Source: Candidatus Latescibacterota bacterium
GTDB taxonomy: Bacteria; Latescibacterota; UBA2968; GCA-2709665
Assembly: GCA_963667175.2 (NCBI GenBank)
Contig: CAXXXF010000014.1
Span: forward strand, 256,001 to 320,000
Direction of reading: 5' to 3'
Length of the DNA: 64,000 nt
The notes beneath the pieces are model-generated. The model was given only the letters and a program-made list of their open reading frames with translations. It did not search any database and was not told the DNA's origin. Position 1 is the stretch's first letter. Each line of letters opens with the position of its first letter. Below are positions 9,869-18,547 of this stretch, one piece after another. The position numbers and the translations under genes were made by a program.

Positions 9869-9991
9869 ATGGGACGGCATAATGAGACGCATAAGGGGTC
9901 TGGAAAGGCAGAACGTGACGGCATCTCGGTGATCGAGTTGGCGGAAGGGTTTCCGGACGAGGCGTCTGTGTACTCGGCAGTCACCTTGTGA
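9869..9991 (+). pseudogene. IS1595-family transposase N-terminal fragment
   Basis: MGRHNETHKGSGKAERDGISVIELAEGFPDEASV resembles the GK..R.GIS..EL..MFPDE start of IS1595-type transposases; lies directly behind an end/promoter repeat and stops after 40 codons. Confidence 0.65.
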
Positions 9992-10007
9992 ACTCCAACG
10001 TGAGAGC

Positions 10008-11116
10008 TTATGATTCGACTAAGTCACGTAGTGGTCGTCCCTCGGCGTCTCTCCAGACTCTTAGCCCATTTCTGCTGCCAGCCAAAAGGAAGCATGCCGC
10101 ACCAGACGAGGTATTGAAGGTCTGATCCGAACTCAACCTAAGCGTGGTACCCTCGTCTACCAGGATTCCCTCGTCCATCAAGGCCTTCCTCATCGTGGCG
10201 TACTGTTTCGGCAGGGTGGGAAGTTCGTCTTTCACGGCCTGCGAACCACTCAGCACCACAAAGCTACCTTCGCCGTCATAACGCGCTCTGGCTTGTACGC
10301 CTTTGGAGTTCATCAACAGATGCAACGGGTACTCCAGATCCTCCAGAGCCTCGTCGGTTTCTCCCTCCTCCACCTCAGGTTCATCTGCTAGCTCATTGCC
10401 ACGTTCCAAAGCGGACTTTAGTCGAGCGTCGATCAGGTCTCTTTTACGAACTGTGCAAAAGCCTGTTGAACCAGAGGAGTGAACTGCTCTATTCTCTGCT
10501 TTGTCTTGGATCCGGGATAGTCAATTCGGGTCAGGATTAGTCGTACAAAGTCGTCGCAAGGCTTCCTCATCTCCTCGGTAAGCGCACGTTTAATCTCATT
10601 GGTGTACTTCAGTTTTCGCGCAGTTTCCACGGTTTCCTCAGGATCAAAATTGTCCTTGTGGAACTGCTTGAGTTGGCCGACCTGCAAGTCTGTGAAGTCC
10701 AGCATGTTGAACTCGAAGAACGGCCTCATGTCCATTCTCCCTGAATCGTCCAGGTCGGAGTAGAAGCGATAAACGATGCCGTCTGTTAAAATGCCGAACC
10801 GGGCACTGGTGGCCGAAAAGTAACGGAAGAGTTGAGATTCCTGCTCCACCCTCAGGTTAGCCCCGTGCCTTTTCGCCTCGATGAGTACGACAGGCGTACC
10901 GTCCAACTTAAGGGCATAGTCCACCTTCTCGCCTTTCTTGGTGCCAACGTCCGCTATGAACTCTGGAACGACTTCGGTTGGATCGAAGATGTTGTAGCCC
11001 AGCATCTGAATGAAGGGCATAACGAGGGAGGTCTTTGTCGCCTCCTCCGTATTCAGATGTTCGAGCCGGGCCTCGTATCTCTTCGACCTTGTCCGCACAT
11101 CGTCTATGAAGTCCAT
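10008..11116 (-). pseudogene. HsdR-N-type PD-(D/E)XK nuclease fused to DUF4357, split by a 2-nt frameshift
   Basis: EEATKTSLVMPFIQMLGY..EVVPEF..EKVDYAL..LIEAK..GILTDG. Removing GA from AAAGAGACC (~10436-10445) gives VKDLIDARLKSALERGNE, continuous with the DUF4357-like ORF 10008-10409 (FVVLSGS..FNTSSGAA..SRNG..W). Confidence 0.75.
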
Positions 11117-11174
11117 TGCCAACTCCTTCCGAGATATTGTCAGCTGAACAGTGACACGCTACTAAGAAAGTATA

Positions 11175-12185
11175 CTATATCTGCGACTGATAGATCCTGT
11201 CGACGAGATCCATGGTCTTTACCGCATCGTCCAGGCACGTCTCCGGCTGATTTCCCGCTCGGATGCATTCCATAAAGTGACGGTTGGTATCGTACGCGCC
11301 GTACGCGCGCCAGGTATCGTCGCCGCCGCCGAGATGGAACGGATCGAGCACTTCCACCGGATCGTCCTTATTATCCGCGAATACCTTTCCGCCTTCTTCC
11401 GGGTCCCCGAATACCGAAATGCCGGGCGAGTGGATTTCCACGGAGAAGATGCGGCGCCCCGTCATCCAGTTGGTGAGCAGCACGCCGGTTGCCCCGGTAC
11501 TGAACCGCACCAGCGCCAGGTATATGTTGGTGTGGGTTGATCCCTCCCGCCGGACGTCGCTGGCCACGGATTCCACCTCGCCGCCGCAGAGATAGCGGAG
11601 CGTGTCCACCGCATGAATGGCGTCGGACGTCAGGATGTCGATCGCTCCCCGGTAGTACGGCGCCCCGCCCACGGCGTTCTTGTAGAAGGTGGACACGGCG
11701 CTGTGAACGGCCCCCCGCTTCTCGCAAAGCTCCTTGCCGTACCGGATCACCGGCGCAAACCGCCTCTGGAACGTCACGCCCGTAAGCACGTTGTGTTTCT
11801 TCGCAATCAGCGCCATCTGCCGGGTCTGTTCCGTCGTCATCGCAGGGGGTTTTTCGATGAACAGGTGGCAACCCATCTCCATCACCGTTGCCCCGATATC
11901 GTACAGATGATGGGGCGGCATGATGGCGTAGACCGCATCCGGTTCTTCCTTTTCGATCATCTCTCTGTAGTCCGAATACCGCCCCTGAATTCCGAACCGA
12001 TCGGCCGCGTCCGCCATGCGTTGCTCGCTCAGTTCTGAGACGGCCACCATCTCAACGCCCTCTAACGCCTTGAGAGAGGGATAATGCGCGCTGGTGGCGC
12101 GACCTCCTGCGCCAATCATCGCCACGCGGACGGTCTTCTTCGGCTGGGTCTCGCCTGCTGTTGCGTTCTTCCGGCTCTTGGCCAC
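11175..12185 (-). CDS. Gfo/Idh/MocA family oxidoreductase
   Basis: VAMIGAGG, HLFIEKPP, FQRRFAP and DAIHAVD motifs. Confidence 0.92.
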   Translation of the reverse strand: MAKSRKNATAGETQPKKTVRVAMIGAGGRATSAHYPSLKALEGVEMVAVSELSEQRMADAADRFGIQGRYSDYREMIEKEEPDAVYAIMPPHHLYDIGATVMEMGCHLFIEKPPAMTTEQTRQMALIAKKHNVLTGVTFQRRFAPVIRYGKELCEKRGAVHSAVSTFYKNAVGGAPYYRGAIDILTSDAIHAVDTLRYLCGGEVESVASDVRREGSTHTNIYLALVRFSTGATGVLLTNWMTGRRIFSVEIHSPGISVFGDPEEGGKVFADNKDDPVEVLDPFHLGGGDDTWRAYGAYDTNRHFMECIRAGNQPETCLDDAVKTMDLVDRIYQSQI

Positions 12186-12228
12186 ACTCGCCTCCAGTCA
12201 GCCCGACAGGGTAAATACACCGTTACGG

Positions 12229-13182
12229 TCAACGATAGACCGCCTGGATCAACGCCCGCATATACCCCACCACAAACGCGCGCCCTCCCCAGAACGTGGA
12301 GTCCGTGTTCGGGAAACCGGGCGTATGATCCATCATGAACGGTCCCTCGAAACCCACTTCCTTGTAGGTCCGCATCGCCTCGTACATGTCCTGGTCTCCC
12401 TCGTCCACGAAGACCTCTTGAAAGCTCCTGGATCCGCCCCGGATATTCCTGAAATGCACGTACACGATTTTGTCCCGGCCCCCAATGTCCCGGATCGCGC
12501 CGCATACATCCTCGTCCATCTCCGCGACGCAGCCCTGGCAGAACAACATAGCATTGCTGTGGCTGGGGACCATATCGAAAATGTGATGATATTGTTCGAG
12601 GGTGGACACGATCCTGGCAGCGCCTGCCATAGGTTCCGGAATCGGCGGATCGTCGGGGTGAAGCGCCATGCGAACGTCGTTCTCTTCCGCCACCGGGATC
12701 ACGCGTTCCAGGAAATACCGGATATTCTCCAGGATCTTCTCCTCGGAGATCGCCTTGTCGGGATAGTACGGCGGATCCACCATGAATTTCTCGTAATCGA
12801 ACGTACTGTACCGGGCGCCGCCCCGGCCGGGAGGTACGGACTCGGTTCGGAAATTTCCCGCGGGTTTGAAATTGTATCCCAGCGTGGGAATGCCGACCTC
12901 GCCCATACTTCTCAAGAGCTGGCGCCATGCGTCGATCTTCTCGTCGCGGTCATCGAGAGCAAGCGAGATCTCGTCCCATCCGGTTGCCGCCAGGTTGGTG
13001 AGCTTCAACCCGTGGGATTCGGCCAGCGTCTTAAGGTCCCTCCAGAGTTCCGTCCGGTCCCTGCCCTGGCGGACGTCCGGCGGGATGGCGTTCACCGTCA
13101 GATAATCCACTCCGATCGCCTTGAAAAAACTCAGCGTATCGTCGTTGATCTGGTCCCAGGGAAGCTGTTCCTGTATATACAT
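12229..13182 (-). CDS. Mannonate dehydratase (UxuA-like) family protein
   Basis: LGYNF, MALHPDDPP, FCQGC, YVHFRNI, FVDEGD and MMDHTP motifs. Confidence 0.85.
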   Translation of the reverse strand: MYIQEQLPWDQINDDTLSFFKAIGVDYLTVNAIPPDVRQGRDRTELWRDLKTLAESHGLKLTNLAATGWDEISLALDDRDEKIDAWRQLLRSMGEVGIPTLGYNFKPAGNFRTESVPPGRGGARYSTFDYEKFMVDPPYYPDKAISEEKILENIRYFLERVIPVAEENDVRMALHPDDPPIPEPMAGAARIVSTLEQYHHIFDMVPSHSNAMLFCQGCVAEMDEDVCGAIRDIGGRDKIVYVHFRNIRGGSRSFQEVFVDEGDQDMYEAMRTYKEVGFEGPFMMDHTPGFPNTDSTFWGGRAFVVGYMRALIQAVYR

Positions 13183-13218
13183 TTCGATATTCCTCCCGTT
13201 TGCGAAACTGAGATTCGT

Positions 13219-14190
13219 CTACCCGTAGACCGTCTGTATCAATGCGCGGATATATCCCACGGCATAGGCGTGCCCGGCCCTGGATTGAACGTCTCCCGGG
13301 ATGCCCGGCGTGTGATCCATCATGAAAGGTCCGTCGAACCCGACCTCCCTGTAGACCTCCATGGCCCGGCGCATGTTCACGTCGCCCTCGTCCAGAAACA
13401 CCTCCTGGAAACTGGGCAGGGCCCCGCGCACGTTTCTGAAATGCACGAATACGATCTTGTTGCGACGCCCCATCTCGCGGATGGTTTCATACACGTCCAC
13501 GCCCATTTCGGTCACGCAGCCCTGGCAGAACAGCATCCCGTTGCCGTCGCCCGGCGCGGCCGCGAAGATCCGCCGATAGTGGTCCAGCGTGGACACGATC
13601 TGGGCAACGCCGCCAAGCGGTTCCGGGATGGGCGGGTCGTCCGGGTGGAGCGCCATTTTTACCCCCGCCTTTTCGGCGGCCGGTACCGCACACTCCAGGA
13701 AAACCCTCATGTTCGCCCAGATCTCCGCTTCGTCGACCGGAGGATCATGGGGTTGGGGCCTGTTTCGTGAGAACGTCTCGTAATCGAACGTGCTGTATAC
13801 GGACCCGCCCCGGCCAAGCGGCACAGAGGGCGTGCGGAAGTTGCCCATCGGTTTGAAGTTGTACCCCAGCGCGGGTATGCCCGCCTCGCCCATACACTGC
13901 AGCATGCGGCGCCATGCGTCGAGCTTGTCGTCGCGATCGGGAAGGCCGAACGCCAGTTCGTCCCACCCGGCCATAAAGATGCTGTACAACGCCATTCCGT
14001 GGGCTTCCACCTTCTCTTTCGCGGCTTCGAAGAACGGGCGGCTGTCCCTGCCGTCGCGCAGATCCATCGTCGGATCCAGCCTGTGCATCGCGCGGATATC
14101 CAGGCAGATCATGTCCGCCCCGATCGCTCGCGAAAACCGCAGCGTCTCATCGTTGAAATCAGCCCAGGAGACGTGATCCTGAATCGTCAT
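13219..14190 (-). CDS. Mannonate dehydratase (UxuA-like) family protein, second paralogue
   Basis: Same motifs (MALHPDDPP, FVHFRNVRG, MMDHTP); ATG 14190 overlaps the upstream stop (ATGA). Confidence 0.85.
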   Translation of the reverse strand: MTIQDHVSWADFNDETLRFSRAIGADMICLDIRAMHRLDPTMDLRDGRDSRPFFEAAKEKVEAHGMALYSIFMAGWDELAFGLPDRDDKLDAWRRMLQCMGEAGIPALGYNFKPMGNFRTPSVPLGRGGSVYSTFDYETFSRNRPQPHDPPVDEAEIWANMRVFLECAVPAAEKAGVKMALHPDDPPIPEPLGGVAQIVSTLDHYRRIFAAAPGDGNGMLFCQGCVTEMGVDVYETIREMGRRNKIVFVHFRNVRGALPSFQEVFLDEGDVNMRRAMEVYREVGFDGPFMMDHTPGIPGDVQSRAGHAYAVGYIRALIQTVYG

Positions 14191-15344
14191 GTCCGTGATC
14201 CTCGGGCCAGAAGCCGTGAAATGCCGAACATCTCGCGGTTCGTCGCATCGGCTTCGCCGGTACACAACTTCGCCAGAATCTCCCCGATCGCGGATGAGAA
14301 CTTGAACCCGTGCCCCGAGCAGGGCGAGGCAATGATCACCTGCTCGACGTCGGGATAATAATCCACGATCCACCGCGTATACGGAAGATTCGTGTACATG
14401 CAGACGTGGCTCTCGACAACGGGTCCCGCGGCGTCGGGGATAAATCTCTCCACCAGCGGGCGAATCTCCGCCTCATCCTCCGGGGTGGTCGTCCGATCCA
14501 GCGTTTCGGGGTCTACGCCCGCACGTCCGCAGTGCAATGCCGCCTTGAAACCCCGCCCGAAATCCGGCTGGCAGTAAAACGAAACCCCGTCCTCACACAC
14601 CCATGTGTTGTTGGGACAGCACCCGGACGCGAACATCTCCGGGTTCCGCAGCGGCCGGAAGAAAAACAGCGTCATCCGCTCGATTTCGACCGGAAGCGCC
14701 AGATTCGCCACGAGCCGGGAGACCCAGGCGCCCGCGCTGACGACGAGCCTGGCTGCCGATATTTCGCCCGACTTCAATCTCACCCGCACCGCGCTTCCAA
14801 CCTGCGTCCAGTCCAGAACCGGGCAATCGAAGTTCAACTCCGCACCCGCGTTTTCCGCCAGACTCAGATGCGCGTTGATGCAGGCTTCGGGAAAGACGGC
14901 GCCAGCCCGCGGCTCGAAGATCCCCTCCCAGCCGTCATCGACCCGGAACATGGGATACCGCTGACGCACCGTTTCAGCCGGAACCTGCTCGACTGGAATA
15001 TTGAACGCGCGGGCGCTTTCCAGAACCCCGAGACGTTCGGCCCCGCCGGGCGGCCGCATGGACAGGTGGCCGTACGTCCGGACGAGCTCCGCGCCGCTTT
15101 CGTCTTCCAGCGCTTCCCACAGCGCGTAAGCGCGTCGAATCAAGTTTACGTAAGCCGGCCCGCTGGCATAGGCCTCGCGGATCACCCGCGCGTATCCGTG
15201 CGACGAGCCGTGCGCGTGCGGCGGACGATAGCGGTCGAACCCCGCCACCCGCAGTCCGCGCTTTGCCAGATGATAGACCGCCGCGCTGCCCATCGCGCCC
15301 AGCCCGGCCACCACCACGTCAACCGTCGACCCGCCGTTTCCCAT
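14187..15344 (-). CDS. solA: N-methyl-L-tryptophan oxidase / monomeric sarcosine oxidase family
   Basis: VVAGLGAMGS FAD motif, HAHGSSHGYARVIR, VCMYT (covalent-FAD Cys) and CSGHGFKF. Confidence 0.8.
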   Translation of the reverse strand: MGNGGSTVDVVVAGLGAMGSAAVYHLAKRGLRVAGFDRYRPPHAHGSSHGYARVIREAYASGPAYVNLIRRAYALWEALEDESGAELVRTYGHLSMRPPGGAERLGVLESARAFNIPVEQVPAETVRQRYPMFRVDDGWEGIFEPRAGAVFPEACINAHLSLAENAGAELNFDCPVLDWTQVGSAVRVRLKSGEISAARLVVSAGAWVSRLVANLALPVEIERMTLFFFRPLRNPEMFASGCCPNNTWVCEDGVSFYCQPDFGRGFKAALHCGRAGVDPETLDRTTTPEDEAEIRPLVERFIPDAAGPVVESHVCMYTNLPYTRWIVDYYPDVEQVIIASPCSGHGFKFSSAIGEILAKLCTGEADATNREMFGISRLLARGSRT

Positions 15345-15434
15345 AGGACGGATCATGTAGCCCGCCCCGAACAAAGTCAAGCCCGTAATGAAAGCACAGC
15401 CGACCGGCGACTCTTTGTGTACTCCCCTGTCCGG

Positions 15435-16799
15435 CTATCCTCCCAGCCTGCCCAGGACGTTGCGGGTGATCCGCGTGACGGGACCGTCGTCGCGGTAGAG
15501 GCCGTGCGACCATTCCATGGTTGCCGCCGTGAAGACGGTCCCCCTGAACTCGGTCTCGTTGACGGCGATGGTCGCATAGAACCGGTCGTAATGAATGCCG
15601 AGGTCGGCGTTGAATCCGTGGTCTTCGGCGTCTCCGATGGCGATGATCCGGTAGTGCGGGCTGATCCCGTCGCTGCCGGTGAAGTACGGCTTTCCTTCCC
15701 TGAACTCGATGTCGCCGCCGTCACATTCCACGCCGACGATCGAGTCCTCGCGCCCGAACTCGTCCCCTTCCTCCAAACCGGTCCCCTCGAACGCCCAGTG
15801 GTCGGGCCGGCTCACGCGAAAGAATCCGTACTCCCCGCTTGTGGGCGCGATGAACACGCCGGGCGTCCGGGTCTTCGCGTGGACGGCGGCCGAATAGGAA
15901 ACCCCGATGGTGCGCTGGCGAAGGTTGTCGATCCCGCGGAGTAAGGAGGTGTGCGGGTCATCAGGCGTGCCCAGCGGGTGTTTCTTGTACCGGGTCTTGG
16001 CGCAATAGAGCTGTCTCCCGTTGCCCCTCGTCTCCACCAGGTGCGAGAACGAGTTTCCCGCCAGCACGATCAGGTTCCCGCCGCGGGCCACGAACCGCTG
16101 AAGCTGTTCGCACTCCTCCCGGCTGGTATACTCGCCGTGTCCGATCCTCAGATGTGCCGCATAATTGTCGAGAAGCTCCGGTTCCCGGTCGTGGTCCGCG
16201 TTGATACAATAGTCCACGGAATATCCCTCGGCGTCCAGCCAGGAGGTGATGAACTGGTCCCAGGCGTAGAATCCGCCCATGATGTCCGGTTGCAGCGGAC
16301 GCTCGAACGTCACCAGGTCGCTGTGGGTTCGGTCGGTGGACAGATAGTGGAAGAGACTCTTGCCGCCCACCGGGTTGTAGGCGGCATAGGTATTGGTCTC
16401 GATGGTCAGAAGCATCGGGGCGGAGGGAACGCGAGGACGGACCACGAACAGGATTTCGCGGACCCCCTGGGCGGTGGGGAAGCCGGCGACGTAGACGCCG
16501 CTCTTCCAGTCGTTCGGGACGCGGAACGTCACCGTCTCGGGCCAGTCGAATCCGTCGCGATAGCCGAACGCGGGGATCGGAGGAAGCGCGCCGCGCAGGT
16601 TGGCGATCTCCTTGACAAGACGGCGGCGGGCGCCTTCGTGGTACACGAACACGTCGTAGTACGATCTGGAATTCGAGATATGGAAGGTGACTTCCTCTCC
16701 CTGAAACACACTCATCGGACTGGCGTAACCGCCCTCTCTCAATTTCCAGTACCGCGTTGCGTCCTGTTCGTAGTGGGCGAAAATGTGTTCGCGTTTCAC
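15435..16799 (-). CDS. N,N-dimethylformamidase beta-subunit-like protein
   Basis: WKSGVY, TNTYAAYNPVGGKSL, GHGEY, GGNLIVLAGN, HWAFEGTGL, VGVECDG and TVFTAATMEW motifs. Confidence 0.7.
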   Translation of the reverse strand: MKREHIFAHYEQDATRYWKLREGGYASPMSVFQGEEVTFHISNSRSYYDVFVYHEGARRRLVKEIANLRGALPPIPAFGYRDGFDWPETVTFRVPNDWKSGVYVAGFPTAQGVREILFVVRPRVPSAPMLLTIETNTYAAYNPVGGKSLFHYLSTDRTHSDLVTFERPLQPDIMGGFYAWDQFITSWLDAEGYSVDYCINADHDREPELLDNYAAHLRIGHGEYTSREECEQLQRFVARGGNLIVLAGNSFSHLVETRGNGRQLYCAKTRYKKHPLGTPDDPHTSLLRGIDNLRQRTIGVSYSAAVHAKTRTPGVFIAPTSGEYGFFRVSRPDHWAFEGTGLEEGDEFGREDSIVGVECDGGDIEFREGKPYFTGSDGISPHYRIIAIGDAEDHGFNADLGIHYDRFYATIAVNETEFRGTVFTAATMEWSHGLYRDDGPVTRITRNVLGRLGG

Positions 16800-16826
16800 A
16801 GGATCTCCTTAACCTGAATAATTCAC

Positions 16827-18547
16827 CTAAGGCGGCTTCGCTTTGCTCAGCCGCAACCAAAAAGGTGGTAGTCAAGAGCAGTTTGTTTTGTGGTATGAAA
16901 AACGGCGTTCGTCCTTTATGATGGTGGTCCCAACCGCCATCAACCCAAGGAGGAACGCCGTGAACGACTTCGTGGACCAATATAATGAAAAAATCAGTGG
17001 CGTGGTATCGTGTTTTGATCGGGTTTTGTTCAAGGGGTACCTGCCGCTGGGATTTGGCAATGCGATGGAGCGTTTCATGGGTAATCAGGGTTTTTTGTTG
17101 AAGGACTTCAAGCGTTTTGTGACGTCGCATTCCAAAACGATCAAAGCCCACGCGGAGGCGGTGGCGAGCAGGCACAAGCGCCCGTTCCTCTATCTCGACC
17201 GCAACACCGTCAGGAAAGAGGAGGAAGCGCGACGCATCGCCCAACGAGATGGGATCACCCGCGGCCTGGTCTGTGTGTTCCGCGCCGTGGAAGGCTGTCA
17301 GAGTTTCAAGCTGGTTCCAGGGGAAGGAAGGCCTCGCCTGCTCAACGCCCGGCGGAAGTGCCTGTGCTACTACTTCTACTATATCGACCGTGAGTTCGGG
17401 TTGCTGCATATCCGCATCCAGTCCTGGTTCCCCCTGGTGGTGCAGGTCTGTCTCAATGGCCACGAATACCTGGCGCGCAAGCTCGATAAAAACGGCATTG
17501 CCTATGAAAAAGCAGACAACGCGTTTCTATGGATCGACGACGTGGCCCGGGCGCAACGCTTTGCCGATCGTTTTGTCGAGAAGAATTGGCCGCGCATTCT
17601 CTCCGGGCTTGCCCGCAGGGTCAACCCCCTGCTCAAAGACCTGCTTTCGGGAATGGACTATTACTGGGTCGTTGACCAGGCTGAGTTCGCCACCGACGTG
17701 ATGTTCACAAGCCCCCACGCCCTGAAGGTGCTGTATGAAAATCTGCTCAGACATACGGTGCTGTGCTTCTCCCCCCAGGACATCCTGACCTTCCTGGGAC
17801 GCAAACTCCACGGCAACTTTCAGGGCGAAGTCCTCACGGACTTCAAAAACAAACGCCAACCCGGCGCACGGGTCAAACACCGGATGTGTGAGAACTGGAT
17901 GAAAATGTACGACAAACACGGGCGCGTACTACGCATAGAGACAGTGATCAACCATCCAAGGCAGTTCAAGGTCCGCCGCTGGGGCATACGCCAAGGACAA
18001 CGCGTGATGGGCTGGTATCCCATGGCCAAAGGCGTGGCCAACCTCTACCGCTATCGGGAAATCTCATTGAAGGCCAACCAACACTACCTTCATGCGCTGG
18101 CAGCAGCACCAGACACCGCGAAGAGCCGTCACAGCCTCACCACACTTGCCCGACCACGCAGGCACAGGGGGCGTACCTATCGGGGCTTCAATCCCGCCGA
18201 CACCCGCGACCTCGACCTCTTCACCGCCGTCCTGAAAGGCGAACACGCCCTGATGGGCTTCCGCAATCGGGACATCCGAAAACACCTCTTCAAACAACCC
18301 AGAACCCTCGACCAGCGCCGACGGCAGGCCAACGCCGTCAGCCGACTTCTCAAACGCCTACACGTCCGAGGCCTGATCGCCAAAATCCCACGGTCCAGAA
18401 GATGGCGCGTCACACAGGCCGGACACGTCACACTCGCGACTTCACTGACACTATACCACAAGCACACAAACCCTATCCAAGCAGCATGAACAAACTTCTA
18501 CGCATCTTGCGTTGAAGTCTTACTGTAAGACTCTAAACATTAACTAA
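16827..18547 (+). mobile_element. Unclassified IS-like element with terminal hairpins and no terminal inverted repeats
   Basis: Single large ORF. Left hairpin GCGGCT-TCGCTTTGCTC-AGCCGC followed by AACCAAA; right hairpins ACGCATCTTGCGT and AGTCTTACTGTAAGACT; CTAA at both 16827-16830 and 18544-18547. Confidence 0.55.
16960..18489 (+). CDS. Putative transposase with Rep_trans-like KxYDK/RxET motifs and a C-terminal winged helix
   Basis: GTG start after AAGGAGG; FDRVLFKG, YYFYYIDREFG, LNGHEYL, DQAEFATDVMF, WMKMYDKHGRVLRIETVIN and GFRNRDIR..RLLKRLHVRGLIAKIPRSRRWRVT. Confidence 0.6.
   Translation: MNDFVDQYNEKISGVVSCFDRVLFKGYLPLGFGNAMERFMGNQGFLLKDFKRFVTSHSKTIKAHAEAVASRHKRPFLYLDRNTVRKEEEARRIAQRDGITRGLVCVFRAVEGCQSFKLVPGEGRPRLLNARRKCLCYYFYYIDREFGLLHIRIQSWFPLVVQVCLNGHEYLARKLDKNGIAYEKADNAFLWIDDVARAQRFADRFVEKNWPRILSGLARRVNPLLKDLLSGMDYYWVVDQAEFATDVMFTSPHALKVLYENLLRHTVLCFSPQDILTFLGRKLHGNFQGEVLTDFKNKRQPGARVKHRMCENWMKMYDKHGRVLRIETVINHPRQFKVRRWGIRQGQRVMGWYPMAKGVANLYRYREISLKANQHYLHALAAAPDTAKSRHSLTTLARPRRHRGRTYRGFNPADTRDLDLFTAVLKGEHALMGFRNRDIRKHLFKQPRTLDQRRRQANAVSRLLKRLHVRGLIAKIPRSRRWRVTQAGHVTLATSLTLYHKHTNPIQAA

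Larger units (their letters stand above)
7335..9991. mobile_element. AT-richer stack of IS1595-type ends, passenger genes and a transposase stub
   Basis: End-like motifs: GGGGCTTATATACTTAACTTGAC (7335), ACTAGGCATTTAGCTTGAC (8236), ACTAGGCATTTTAATTAACGTAGTC (~8744) and GACTACGTATTTAACTTGAC (9782). A ~63-bp direct repeat at 8236-8299 and 9783-9846 contains TTGACT-17-TATCTT. Confidence 0.55.
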
